Source: Novakomyces olei (lineage: Eukaryota). Taken from it: a DNA stretch of 64,000 bases. The stretch is from positions 1,116,001 through 1,180,000 of the forward strand of contig JADEYG010000001.1 in NCBI GenBank assembly GCA_016906335.1, given 5' to 3'. Below the pieces are notes generated by a model. It did not search any database. It was not told the DNA's origin and saw only the letters and a program-made list of their open reading frames with translations. Positions 22,458 to 36,817 of the stretch are shown here, one piece after another. The first letter of the stretch is position 1. The number at the start of each line of letters is the position of its first letter. A program made the translations under genes and the position numbers.

Positions 22458-25400
22458 TCAGTCTCTTGTCACGATTTCCAGGGTTTCGCAAATACGTTTT
22501 CCTGTTTCGTACAATTGATGCTGGTCAATATCAGCAGGAAGACCAAACCAAACCGGATCCCTTGGCGAGGGTAAAGCTTCGATCCATTGAAAAAAGCGTG
22601 ACAAGCCTGTTCCATTGCATAAAACAAGTTCGTGCTGGGGCACATTACAGAGCATAAAATTGTCCTCATAAGCCAAAGGCGTCAGTAGTCGCTGGCAAAT
22701 TTGTCTGGCTGACTGTTTATCGTTCTCGTTGTCCATTTTGGCGCCATGAGCAATATCGTAAAAGGCTCCTTGAAAACCGGCCCAAGGCAGTTTTTCAGGA
22801 TCAATATTGGACCGTCCTTTAGCAAGGCGATCAACATAACCGCCTACAACACCAATGAAAAACTTGATATCCGAATCATCAAATGCGTAGCCGCTGCCCG
22901 CCCACCCGACTCCCGGGTACCGTGATTTTTCCACAAACAAGGAATGACAAAAAGCCGAAAGAAAATAAAGCCTAGTACGTTCGACTGGCCCCGAAATTAC
23001 GCGGTTCCCTTCTTTATCCCGGCACAAAACGTCCATAATCTCCGTGATTGTTTCCTTAAAGGAAGTATTCTTTTCAAAGATTAAAACTTTAGAGTTTTGC
23101 ACAAGCTTCACTGGCCCGCGTGTTGCATTCATATCGATAGTGTAAAAAAGACGGAAATCCGGGTTTATTCTTAATTTTGAACATTTCTGCTCAAACAAAG
23201 GAATCCAGTCAATTGAGTAATGGATGTTTTTCAGCAGAACCCATTCTCCTGTCGAGCATCGTGACTTCAAAAGCTCTTCAGCCTGTAATTGAGCTTCAGG
23301 AGAACCCAGTGAGACACTGTTGCAAGTCTTCTCCATTTGCACGGCCAAATTCTCAATCAAATGAGAGACATCCTGACCCTCTACTGCACACAATGCCAGA
23401 GGCCGCCATTTGTCCTTGGCCAAATCGGCTGACGCTGCCTTTATATCTTCAAAAAGACTTTCGTCAGCTTGATTGCAAAATTGTTTCAAATACGCGTCCA
23501 CCAGGCCAGAAATAGCCCCAGGCGACTTTATTTTAGCACTGGAAAATACACTTAAATCGTCGGTATCATTTGCAGCACTTTCTGGTAACTCAAGCTCCTG
23601 CACTGTAGCAAAAGATTCACAGATATTTGCGTCTTTAAAGCCTTGCAACCCGTTCTTTTTGTCCTTTGCCGATAAAAAGATTAGCACAAGTGCAACTGCA
23701 CGGAAATCGTCCTCTTTAAATGCCCGTTTCAAACTATGCAGAATGTTTGATACAATCGTGGCCTTTATTTGATGTACTTGAGCAAGCTGATACCGGTTGC
23801 CTTTGCTGCTTATAAAGGACTGCTTAACCATAAACAGAAACGAGTGTATATTGAGACAATAGTAAGAAGAAAGGCGGTTCATACGCCCGAGGACTTTGTA
23901 AACGTCACCACAAAAGTCGGCAAAAGGCGAATATTGCTCGAGAGCCAATGCTATTTCCTCGCCAACATTTGTATTTTCCGCGATTCGTTGCTTCACAGTC
24001 TTCAGCTCTACTTGAAGCGCCTCCAGTGCCGATAAAACTGCATTATCATCAAGTAAATCGCCACGCGAGTCGTTCAAAGACGCGAGCAACTGCCTTTCCA
24101 AGGTTTCCAGTTGTTCTTGAATAGCTTCTTTTGCCATATCCATCTCTCGTTTACGCTCTAAAAGCGCCGGATTGAATACGGAAAGCGCTGTATCGCACAC
24201 CTGAGCATGCAAGCTGGCGGCAGATAAAGCGCAGTTTACAAGAGTCAAGGCACAAGCAAGATGAGGCGAAGGCTGAAAGTTCGTGTCCTGGCAGCTTAAA
24301 AAGATCCTGAATCCTGGAGCCACATCAAGATCGTTTCCACCCATATTAACGACAAATCTGCCACCGACCCGTTCAAAGTCCTTTGAAATGACAGGCAGAA
24401 TTATAGGATCGAAAAACTCAGCGTCTTGGATAACAATACAGCTTCCAAAGCGGATAGCCGACTCGAGCAACTTTGTGAAACTGGCGTCCAGAAAACTGGT
24501 AGTGACTACTTGCTGTCTAGCCTCGAGAATAGCGACAAGCTGTCTCGTTGAATCACCATCCGGATCGATTAGGAACGGTGATCTCTCTGAAATAAAAGAA
24601 ATCGTCAAGTTTTCGGCAAGGACCGGGTCCAGCTGATGAGCGCTGAACTTGCTTTGCGCATCAACAAAGTCCAGTAAATTGATTTCGCCGGAAAACGGAA
24701 TCTGAAACCTGGTCAGAGCTTTACACCAGTCACTAAACAGATCCGCTCTGAGCGGTCCCTCGAAAAACCCGGCAAATACGACTTTAGAGGCAGCCAGTAA
24801 CGAATCGCCCATAATATAGAGCAGTTTGTTTGGAAACGAGCTTCGTTCTTGGCTCCAACGGGCCTGCTCTGAGGATAGACTAGCAATAAGTCTTTGACTG
24901 CGATCAATCTGGTGCGTTACACGCTCAAGCTCCGACTTTAGAGCCTGAAATTCGCCAACCAAAACAGCATACTCATTCTTATACTTTACTATAGATTCCT
25001 CCAGCTCCAAGATCATTTCATCAATAGCCCTACCATGGCTTTCTGCGCTTTGCTTTTTGACTTCGAGCTCCTCCACTTCACTCTGTAGAGGCGACACTTT
25101 TTCCAATATTTTTGCATAGTTTACTTGAGCAACTACCCACTGCAATAGCGGACCGCAGGCTTTACTCGCTCGATCAGCTGCTTCGTACGTATAAGAGGGC
25201 CGTGACAGAAATTTGTCTTCCATAGTGCGTCTTAGCCTCCCAGACAAGTGCTTTTCGCCTTCAAAATGAACAATACTAGTAATAAAGTCGTCGCCTCTAA
25301 TTATTGCCTGGATATCCCTCCAATTTTCTGCTGGAGTTCCCAATAAAGTGCAGACAGATTCCATCGTCATTCTGACCGCCTCTGGAGGATTTTGCATTGA

Positions 25401-28400
25401 CCGCACTTCCGTCAAATGCTGCTTTTTTATATTACTGACCGATTTTTGTGCCTCCAAAACTGCTGGCATAGCTTGTTCCAAGTCCTCGAGAACAGTTTGC
25501 TGCCTCTCCTTAATGTACTGTTTCTGTTCTGATATATTTTGCTTGATTCGCATAGACACAATCCGTTTTTCTTCGGCTTCACGCTGTTCTTCCACCATTT
25601 TCTGAAGCTTTGCATTCGCCTCATTGTTTTTGGCTTCCAATTTGGCCTTCTTGGCATCCAATTCTGCGTTTAGTGCATTTATCGTTAAAACAGCTTCCTC
25701 GATACGATCAAGCCCAGCAATGTAATGTCGCTGGTGGCCTTCCAGCCTGGCCTTCTCCGTTTGATACATTTTCGCAAACTGTGCGATTACACGGAAAAAA
25801 CAAGACTGCGCAATCGTTGATGGACGCACAACGGTTTTATGTTGTTTTGCGTACCGTGACTCGTGCAACAGAGAAATGCGAAAAATTTCTTTGCACGCCA
25901 GAGTATAATTCGTATACACTTCAAACTCAAGCGGATCGGCCCTCTTTTCAAGCTGTTCCCGCTGAGCATCAGCCAACCGCAGATCAATAGGCTCGAGCAG
26001 CTTTAAAGCGACTTGATCAAGAGACTCTGGAGACCAGGAACCGAGCCAATCGATTACACAGCGGTTGTATAAGGCCGGCGACTTTGCAGCTTCAATTGTT
26101 GTGCCCATACTGCGAGGATCGATTAGGAAAATTGCGTGCAAGTTGGACTGTATCTGATCAGCCAACCAGCCCAAAAGCTCTTCCTCCGTATCCAGCAAAA
26201 GCCCAGACCGGGCTGATGCATCTCGGCACCGGCTTATCAGCAGCTGGTACTCCTGTTGCTCAAACAGACCAGGGATTTCCGAGTTTGCGAGCAGAGTATT
26301 CATTCTCTCGAGGAAACTAGACTCGCGCAGTTGGGCGTCATCGAGGATAAAGCATATCTTGCTCCCATCGCATCCAGCACGGGTAATAACACTCCGAAGA
26401 TCAGCATCAAAGTCGGCCAGACCATAGCTCTTGTGCGGTCGAATCTGAAAGCATTGGAACCCATTCATCCAGGCAACAAACTTGACAATCGCTGCTTTGC
26501 CTATCCCACTTTCCCCGACAAGCATCATGTGGCCCTGTCGCTGGCGGAGGACACGGTCGACTCTAAGCATATGGTCTATCGGCTCACTCGCCACAAACGG
26601 CACTGTGGTGGACTCCTCTTCGGCAAAGACTCGCGATCTCTCGTCCACGTAAACGGTCAACTCTTCAGCATCCACAAACTCGAACCTGTGCGATATCCAA
26701 TCGGTAATATGCTCGCTGCCAACAGTAGCGGATTTGCCTTGTATCTGAGGGAAATGAGTTTCCACAAGCTGCTGCAATAAATCCCCTGTCCATTGCCGCT
26801 CGATTTCGGCAACGAGCCGGTCGCTGAACAATCGCAAAGCCTCGTACACTAAAACTCGCAAAAAATCGTGGGCCGTCAAGTCTGCAATATGGCAAAGGAG
26901 CAGGTGAACACCCCGTGTCCATCGCGTTAGCTCACGGGCACTATATACGTAATGAGCTTGCAGCCCGGCAAAGCGCTGGCTCGATAGCAAGTAGAAATCG
27001 ACCATAAAAAGCGCAGCTGGTTCAGCCAAAAAGTCTAACTGGAACCGGTTTTGCAGAATAGCTCTCATGTACGTCGTGTATATTTGGATCAGTGAGGGCT
27101 TCGAGGGCTCTCCGACATTCAGGACAGTAGAGTGACGCAGAAACCGTTGGGGCAAAAGAGAGCGGCCAGCGTAGGTTGGTGGATTGCATGCGGCCACGAA
27201 ATGGACGTTGTGCAAAAGCACAAAACGGTTATTATGCCAAAAGCCCTTACAAGACAAAAGCTGGCGGAGGAACATAATTATGCTCTGTGTGCCAAACTCG
27301 TCAGGCTTTGGAAGATTGACTTCATCGCAAAACACGACGAGGTGCTTCTCGTCTTGCACTGGTGCCATAATCATCTTGTTCATTGACGAACGATAGGAAC
27401 AGTGCTGTTCTAACGTTTTTACAATCAAGTTTGGAGTTGATTCGCTGGAGAAATTGAGTATAACAAAGTCAATGTCCTTGCTCCTTCGCAGAGCTTCAAT
27501 CACCACCATTGTTTTGCCCGAACCAGCTGGTCCGCAAAGTATCAATGGCCTGTCCGAGCTCGTTAGATCATAGATCAGTTCACCGTGCCGTCTGGTATCA
27601 AGCGTAGGGACCAGCATACTCATACTCTCCAGCTCAGCATCTGTCGGATTTATGAGCGGTACAGTCTTGTCAAATGCCACCCAACTGCCTTCCGGTACTG
27701 AAACGGTAAAATCGTAGACTGTGTGGCCCTCGTCCATGGCTGACGGCAGATCCTGCGGATCAAATAGAGATATGGCCCTTTTACTCAGCGCGACACGCGT
27801 TTCCCATGGCTTTGCGGAGCCCAAGGACCAAAGACAGGACAAGATTGCCTTTCTATAAAAGTAATTGTGCACGCTCTCACTGTCCATTTGTGCATCGGCA
27901 TTTGTCTCCATAAATGACGCATAAGACTTGAGGCTGGAAAGCATTAGGGATGTTAACGTACTCAAAGTTGCATCGTCTGTGACATCAAGAATATTGTCGC
28001 CCGAATCTTCGCTCAGCAATTTCGCAAACGGCTTAGTCAAATCCAGAAATGGGGTTATGACTTGCTCTAAAGTTTTATAAAGAGCACTATTTACGTCGTT
28101 AAGAGGTACCACAGTCTTTGATAGCCTCTTTATTTGCTCTAGTGTCCTTTTCAAAGTCATCAAGCTACTGAAACTGCTTCCATCAAACCAAACCATTGCA
28201 CTGCGCGTGATCGTCGCCGGTGTTGCGTAGTCCAGACTAACAAGCTCAAACAAGATTTTAACGGTTTTGGGTAGGGGCAGCCGTTCTCCGGTTGGAAGAG
28301 TCAGCATACGGTTATCGTCCAAGACGCTAGAGTAGATTAGTAAACACACCCACAAATTTGGAATTGATCAGACTATTCTTCAAATGGATTTGTTTTCAAA

Positions 28401-31400
28401 CTAAATTTATTTTGGGTTTTTGTTTAAACTTTTATTGTCTCGTTTATTGCTCATCTCACCTGTTTAAATTCTCGGCCCAAAGAGGATCCAAATCTCCGTC
28501 AAAAACGATCAAGTGCAGCCGTTTATCAGAGCCATTCTTTTCCACAGAACGCAGAATCGATGGAAGCAGCCCGTCTGTCCACTCGCGAGTTATCGGGTCA
28601 ATTGATCCATAGAGAGCCTTTATTCCGAGCACCTTTGGATCAATCACATACTGTGTAACCTCCGTCCCTTCTATTGCTTGAAGCGATTTGATTATAATTT
28701 CCCTTGCGGCAGTTTTGCCACTCGCTGATGCTCCATATAGCATTATACCATAATTGTTGCTTATTGTTTCATACGTTTGCATAAGCTTGACAATTAACTC
28801 GTCGTTTAATTCATAGCTCAAGTCCACACAAGCACTACGAATCGTGCGCCTTAATTTAGCGTTCTCGTTATCGGACTGAATGTTTTCGCCAAAATAGAGA
28901 CTTAGAAAGCCCTCAAACAGATTTAAATCCGACTTTATCAATTTCGGAGCAAGCGATTCTTTCAACGCTTTAATACAAATTTGATACTGCAATTGCTCGT
29001 GCTCACTTGTGCTCAACGCAGCAGAATCGGTATACTGACGGATTTGTCTTCCGCAGCTGTTGAGGACCGATTTAAGCGCTCTCAAACCGAAATCATAGTG
29101 CTTTTGTCGACTCAGTTTCGCATTACAATCTGCAAACAATGGAACTAGCTTCGATGAAATACTATCAGCCGCATTGAAGCCTTTGGCGTACAAAATAACT
29201 CGGGTAATAGTGCCAGTATCTGGCTTGCTCATGGAAACACTGCGAAAAAGGCGTCTTAAATTGGACGGCAGGCTTGACCGTCCAGCGTAATTTGGATTCA
29301 TTGTAACAAATATCCCTGTCGATTCGCGGACAGCAACTTTCCTCTGCCCAATGCTCAAACTTTGTCTATCATTTGCTACAACTGCTCTCTGTATGCCCTG
29401 AATTTGCTGAGATATAGCACTCAGGACGTTTTCCTCCAGACGATTAAACTCGTCAAAGCATCCCCAGGCTCCGAGCTGGCAAATTCCGCTAATAATGCGA
29501 TCCATACTGTGATTGTTGAACGAGCTGTCGCAATTGAAGACGAGAACAAGCTGACCAAGAAAAGATCCCAGCGCCTTTACAGTCTCAGTTTTGCCAGTTC
29601 CCGCGGGGCCAAAAGGCGCACCACCAAGACCCTGGTTAAGAGCCTCACAAAGAACTTGGAAGGTAGTATTTGTCAGCTCCGTTCTGACGAGGGTATCCTG
29701 GACGCCCAAGTATTCAAATCCGTACTTGAACTTTGAGTTACCGAGCTCAACGGTAACAATCCCGGTGCCATCAGCCCCGGGATACAGATAGGTCCGCAAT
29801 TGAGAAAGCCAAGCGTAATCGTCAGCCTTAAGGCTTTCGATGGATAGCAGAGCTTTTGTGATGCCACATAAGCTCACCAGGTTTGTAATCATAGTCTCCT
29901 TGACCTTCATTCGTAGACCCGACTCCTCCAGGGCAGTTGTACTGGAAACGTGTTTCAGCACACTATCAAAGGAAGATGCTACGTCAAGCATAGCAACGTC
30001 GGATTTGACGATTGCTCGCTCACACAAATGCGTCCAACAAACCTGTAAAGACAGATTGACAATTTGGCAGGGGAACTCGTGCAGCAGACTCTCAAAATTA
30101 TGGAGATCCGTTTTGAGCAGTGCGTCGCTCATTAGTGGGACACAGCGGCTCACCGCAATGGACAAACAATTCTTTATAGCCGCTTCAACACGGGGAAGTA
30201 TTTCCAGTGGCGATTTGCTTTGCATTTCTATCGCACCAAAAAATTGCAAACTCTCGCCTTCCGTGGACCGAACACCAGTAATACTCTCATTTTCATCAGC
30301 TACTAAAAACGAGGTGACCCCGGGAAACAGACGGCGTAGGTGGACAGAGGAAGAAAACTGTTCTTTTGCGCTTCCTATCAACTCTAAAAGTTCTTCATCG
30401 CCAATGAAATACAGACGGGGAAAGGCTCTCCGCTCCTTCTCCAGGTATTCTCCCAGTGATTTTTGTATTTTCGATAAAGCTTCGGAAACACGCTTTACCG
30501 ATTTCGATAAATTAGCTACATATATCAGGGAGAGAGCAGTTTCGCATTTATTGACTGAACGCATGATGCTGATAAGTTCCGTGCTTAGAGTCTCAAATCT
30601 ACCAGACTCAAAAGGCAGCAATTGCTTTATTTGGACATTATTCGCCATGATACCTTCCAAATAAATCCAGTGAGTCTGCAACGAGGATAGCTCGTCAGCC
30701 AGGAGGTATAGTCTGTTCAGCTTATCACGCCACCCTTCAGCTTCTTCTTGGAAAAAAGAATAAAAAGAAGAATTCTTCATAATTTGCAACGAGTTCAAGT
30801 GTTCCGACGTCTTTTGCAGCAATGCATCCCACGATCGGACAAGCCAGATTTTATGCTTGTAGTTTACTTTTTCAAGAGTCTCAATGCCCCAGTATTCGGA
30901 CATTTGCTTCAAGAATCCTTCCAGACCTGACTCTCCTTGTGCTTTTTCAAGTACATTTTGTATGGCAATCGAGTTCTTCATCAGATCGAGGTCCCAGACA
31001 TCTCCAAGCGTGAGTTTTTCGTACGCGATTTGTGATTTTAATTCCATCAAAAGCTGCTTCCAATGTCTTTCTTTCATAGAATCGGACGCGAGGGATATTA
31101 CTAAGCCATTCACATCAATCAAAAGTTTCAAGTTCGACTTCATCTGTTCAAATGAAGCATACTGTCTTAATCGTGTTGGCAATAATTTTAACTGATCTTC
31201 AATATCCAAAAGATTTCTTCTCAATTCGTGCCCTTCCACACTGAACCATCTAATATGACGCAAACTATCCAGCTTGTTCTCAAACTGCGAAAGCGAGCTC
31301 CATACAGTTTTGAAATCTTCAAGTTCTTCCTCAACGACATCGAGCGACGAGTCCTCAACGTTTTCTATACCCAACAAAGACGCACAATAATTGGCTTGCT

Positions 31401-34400
31401 TATATCGCGACTTAAGGCTTACTAACCTTTCCCGCTGAGTCTCAAGAATCTTGAGTGCTTGTTTAGCATTTAAACTAGATTCTTTTTCTCTCAAAGCTTT
31501 CCATTCGTCTTTGATAGAGTCAGATTGGCTTTCACACGATGCAAGCTCTGATTCAATAATGCTCTGGACATTTTCTACAAAACTCAATCAGAATTCAACC
31601 ATTAAAGACAGAAGAAAAAAAAGATCATAATTACCTCTGCTTGACATTACAGCATCCATTCGTCTATTATCAAGATCTTGTAAGGCCGAGAATTCGGATT
31701 GGAGATTTTCAGAATATAGCCAATTCTTGTCAAGCTTGTAGTGATTGCGCAACAAAAAGCGTTGTGAAACACTAATATCCGAAATTTCAGTGTCAAACTT
31801 TGAAAGCGCTTCGCGGACTTGATAGATCTTGACGATAAGAGGAAGCAAAACTTCCACTCTATGAAGCTGGACTGGTAAATTCTCAAGTTCCAATCTTCTT
31901 TGGAGGAGATCATTATAAATGCTTTTACTATTCTCAAAGGCGAGTTCATAAATTGATGTAAGAACAGCATTAGCCCAGAAATCAGTGCGGTCGGTAATAC
32001 GTTCCTGCAGTTGCTCATACGATATAATTATAATCCCAAAAGAACGAGAAGAGCCCGTATCACTGAATAATCTACGGCTTCTTCTAATCGCGTCAAAGAC
32101 ACAATTCCATTGATGCAGATTCGAACCGAGCTTTTCATTCACTGTATCTGGCTTAAGATTCCATAGTGCTTGAAACGACTTCCATTGGTCGACGTAAGAT
32201 TGTACAAAGGATCTGGCATTAAACAATTCGTTAATGGACAGCGTCAAAGACTCCCATGGGACCTGTTTGTTGAGCATTATTATGAGCAAAAGGTATGATC
32301 AATTACCATTTCAGAAAACTCGTATATAGGAACGTCTGCTCCATGTTTGGGCTCAAACGAGCCTGTTAGTTGCGGCACTTTGGCAACAACGTCTGATCAT
32401 GAGCCAAACTTTATAACAACTTGAATTATATTGTAAAGAACATACCTATGCAATTTAAAAGGTCATCCAACCATAGTGTAAATGAATCCGCGATCGGCGG
32501 CTGTAATTCTAGCTTGTTTTGTTTCAAAACTAGATGATGAACTGCTGGCTTTGTAAATAGAGGCAGCGTAACACTTTCCTTGCGAGGTAATCGTTCATCA
32601 CTGGAGAGTTCAGATGTCCTAATATTGCTCATTCGTTGAGCCCATTCATCTAAAGCAATCTTTAATCTCTGCTTCAAGACGGTCAAGAGCTCATGGTTTA
32701 GCATATTAACAAGACCATCCGGATTGTAAACGCCCGTAAGAAGAACGCGGTTCAACTTTTTATGTGTAAACGTCAGTATATACAATGCAAATATTTTTAA
32801 CCTAGAAAACAATGGTATATTTACCTTTTCCTGTAATTCGTCTCGTAACATCCGCACCGAATCTCTCGAATAAGCGCATGAAGCCATACTTCGAATAATT
32901 TTCTTCAAGATTTTCAATAAATTATCGATGAGTAAAGTCTTTTCCGCGATTTGACTCGCGCAATCGGTCAAGTCTTGTAAAAACTGCATGTGTCGGTTTG
33001 AAGGCCTTCTAGTTGTCGCCGATTGAAACTGTGAATATTCGTCACTGCTATAACTGTGCACGAAGCTTTCCCATTTTAAATTGCAACCCTTTAAAATAAG
33101 TTTTCTCAACTTTTGACGGCTATCGACCAAAAAAGGAACGACTTCAGGTGAATCATTTAAAAAATGTTCTGTGCTCGCGATACTTTTGACCGTTTGCGAA
33201 AGACTAGAAGCAAATGGGTATACGCGTTTAGCATCATTCGCCAAATTAATCAGGGCGTTCGGGAATGAAAACCCTAGTCTGAACAGCAAACGGGTTTCCT
33301 TCATAATATTTACAAGCCTTGGATCAAACTCAACATCAAGAGCTAATAAACTCTGGTGAAGTCGATCTTTGCTAATGCAGAATATACGCCCTGACACGCT
33401 CGGCTTGTTTTGGCTGACATTTTTTGACCAATCATCCACTAAAGACTGTGAATCGAGAAGCTTCTTTATTTTGTTGCTTTCAGAATATAATTTCTGTCCC
33501 TCTGAGTAAGAAAACCAGTCTTCGCCAAGAGCAGATTCCATGCGTATCATGTACATATCGAGTCTTTTCTCTAGCTGTTGAATACATAAAACTTTCGCGG
33601 AGACGCGTGAAAAATTACGCGTAGTCATCAAATTGCGGTACCCATCTTCCTCAATCTCTTTATAATACTGTTTTCTGAGAGATGATAATTCATGTGCCAC
33701 ACTATCAATGAGCGGTATCTGATATTCTCGTACGGCAGCCTGAATACGACGACGAACAAATAGAGAATTGAAGGAAGATAAAGCAGTAAACATCTCTGGT
33801 GCCGACCGCGCAGCCTCCAATCTTTCCTTGAGCCGTTTTATGACCACATTTTCAAGTTTTGAGACCTTTTCATTGTAAACTGACTCACGTTCGAAAAGAG
33901 AGTCGCTTCCAATAGGGGAGACATCCAAGACATTGAACCCTCTAAATCCATTATATGCGTCTTCAAGTTGCTCTCCTATCACCTTGAAGCCTTGTTCCCC
34001 GACGCCTTTGTTTGCCATTAATTGAAAGACATTAGACAATTGTAAATGTCCACTGCGGATATCATACAGGTTTTTAACTCGGTCAAGCACTTTGAGATGA
34101 GAGCTAATGATTTTAATCTGTGTAAATCTTTCGCCTCGCCTTCGTGTAAGCTCTCTTGCAAGGTTCGTATACTCCTTAATTTGATCATCCCATATACGCG
34201 ATAAGGTTGATAATGATGAATATATGGACTCAAACTCGGAAAAGGGGACAAACATAATTCTCGTCCCACCAAGAAGCGAGCACACTTTCTCCTGAAAATC
34301 AATAGAAAGAGCCTCGACAAGGCTGATTGCACGTTTAACGGGGTAAGATGTGACACGGAGACGCCGATTCAAGTGCCCAAAAATATTGACAAGAACTTGT

Positions 34401-35380
34401 TCCAGCTGATCCATCGATGTGGCCGACAAAAGATCATTTATTGGGAAATCCTTTAGCAGAGAATTGTAGTCATGCACCCGGCTAAGCGCATCACTGAGAC
34501 CCACGTCTGACTTGAATGAGATGGTGGCATGAAACCGTTTGGCTTGCCGCAGAACGGATAAAGTTAATATAACCTCATCCTGTTCCAATTTCGACTCTAA
34601 GCTATAAAAAGCCTTTTCTAATGCGGACCAGTAGTTAATCTCTTGCAATGACGTCCCAAACGGAGGATCGATTGTTGCATCATTCAAGGTTTTGCAACCT
34701 TTAACCCATAAAGTCACTGTCGCTTGTAGTGCATTTATAAACCCCGAATCCTCAAGCTGTTCCGCGCTGAGCAAAGCAAGCGACGGCTTTTCTCCTCGCT
34801 TCTTCGCATCGCGTACTATGCTATGTATAATCGGATGGATCGTTAGTTCGACTTCAGGAATAGACGAATCGCTCTGCAGCTGTAGCAAACTTATATCAAG
34901 CTCTGTCAGCTTCTTGCGTGCCACGGAATAACATTTAGCTGCAGTACCATCCGACGCAGTATTTGCCTCCAGCAAATCAGACGAGGCACCCGTAAACAGG
35001 TCCATATACGGCGCTAATGCTAGATGGACAATTGTATGCAATGTATCAAGAGGGGAGCCTCGTGGTAAGTGCAATATATGCAATTGATCTGATAATGGCA
35101 CATCCGTCGTTAAAGCCGAGGCGGACTTTTTGATGACGCATAGAAACCCGTGATCCTCATCCAGCACTGTCAAGTCCGCAGCCAAGCGTAAAACAGTCTC
35201 GCCAGAATCTATTGTATCGGGGTACGCGTATACCACTCGAAATGCCGCGTTACTCGTAAATTCTTGTGCTAAAGACGACGGCTCAATTGCAACAGACAAC
35301 AACTCTGAGTCACCCGTGCCAAAGATGGCATTGGCAAGCCGTTGCAGTAGCCGCAACAGCTCCAATTGCCTTTCTTCCAT
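22458..35380 (-). CDS. DYN1: Cytoplasmic dynein heavy chain; 5 introns
   Basis: Tail motifs (LQEINYW, AKRFHATISF), AAA1 GPAGTGKT/DEFNR, AAA2 GASASGKT, AAA3 GPAGSGKT/DEVNLP, AAA4, stalk/MTBD (EVRSMQNPP, ASKACGPL), AAA5-6. ORFs are joined by GT-AG introns, e.g. 28327-28459 restores ENLNSVLDDN. Confidence 0.95.
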
Positions 35381-35647
35381 CTCAAGTTGGCATTGTTTAC
35401 GACGCGTTGCTATATCTAATTATGTAATTGATTAATTATTAATTTATTAATTTATTAATTTATTTATTTATTAATTTATTTATTTATTAAATTATTTATT
35501 TATTAAATTATTTATTTATTAAATTATTTGATAATTATAATAAATAAATTTGGCCTTGCATATATTGTACATATAATAAATACGCAACAACCTGGTCAGA
35601 GCGAGCGATATATGGAACCCAAGATCCAATGATTTAATTCAACACCA

Positions 35648-35925
35648 ATGAACTCGGCTGAAGATGAAGAAGTATTGGCACTACGTGGACTCGAAGATCT
35701 GCTACGGTGCCAGATTTGTAAGGATTTGCTGAAAGGCCCGGTTATCACAAGCTGCGAGCACACGTTTTGCTCGCTTTGTATACGACGATATCTTTCACAA
35801 GAACAACGATGTCCCGCGTGTCGCAGTCCCGAGTCAGAGTCTAAACTAAGGAAAAATGCTATCGTTGAAGATTTAGTTGAAGCATTCCGGCAGACAAAGT
35901 ATTTTTTCATTCCGTTTTTATTCCA

Positions 35926-36023
<98 letters not shown>

Positions 36024-36778
36024 TACTAAATGCTAGAACTGCGGTTGCAGGGCTCCTTAAAGATCTGAAAACCACTACAGTGAAGAGAGCAACAGAGGCC
36101 AGTACGGCAGAACAAGCACCAATAGTCGGATCGTCTTCACCGCAAAAGTCCGTGGAAACTCATGTGCTGGATGTGGACGGAGACGAAGGCAATACAGAGA
36201 CTAATGGCGATATTGAGGACGCCACCGATGTAGAATGTCCTGTATGTTCCAAAAGAATCCCGTCAAAACGTATCAACAGGCATTTAGACTCTTGTTTGAA
36301 CGCTCCTACCAAACCTAATTTGAACGGTACCCAATCTGCCCCGAGACCTGTCCCAGCTGCGGCGGCTAAACCTGCAACGGCAAGGCCACCAGTTCAGACT
36401 TCCCGGATACCCAAAATAAATTATGCTCTTTTGTCAGAGAGCAAATTGCGGTCACTCATGAAAGAACTCGGACTTCCAGCTCACGGTAGCAAGTCACAGC
36501 TGCAACGACGTCATGCAGAGTGGTCTAATTTATGGAATGCCAATATGGATGTTAAACACCCAGCCAGTAAACAAACACTGTTGCGGCAGCTTAATTTGTG
36601 GGAGCAATCGGTGACAGCATCAGAAGCGAAAAAAGACGGTGCTCGTGACCGAAATTCACCAGCCGGAGATGAAAACCGAGAATGGATCCGAAAATACAAC
36701 GATCAGTTTGATGATTTGATTGAAAATGCCCGCAATTCGCGGCATAAAAAGCGGAAGGCTGATGAAACAGATTCATGA
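35648..36778 (+). CDS. RAD18: E3 ubiquitin ligase Rad18; intron 35899-36036
   Basis: RING (CQICKD..CEHTFCSLCIR..CPAC), UBZ (CPVC..INRHLDSC), SAP domain then RHAEWSNLWNANMD. Confidence 0.92.
35929..36024. repeat. (TTTA)n microsatellite, about 24 units, in the RAD18 intron
   Basis: Direct observation. Confidence 0.97.
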
Positions 36779-36817
36779 TTGCTATTGTTGCTGGCTGTTT
36801 TAATTTACATACAACAA

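Noticed and set aside
22458-22560. Dynein lacking the metazoan C-terminal cap
   Set aside because: A short C-terminus is normal for ascomycete dyneins.
28327-35380. Split dynein heavy-chain gene
   Set aside because: The separate ORFs join in frame through ordinary GT-AG introns.
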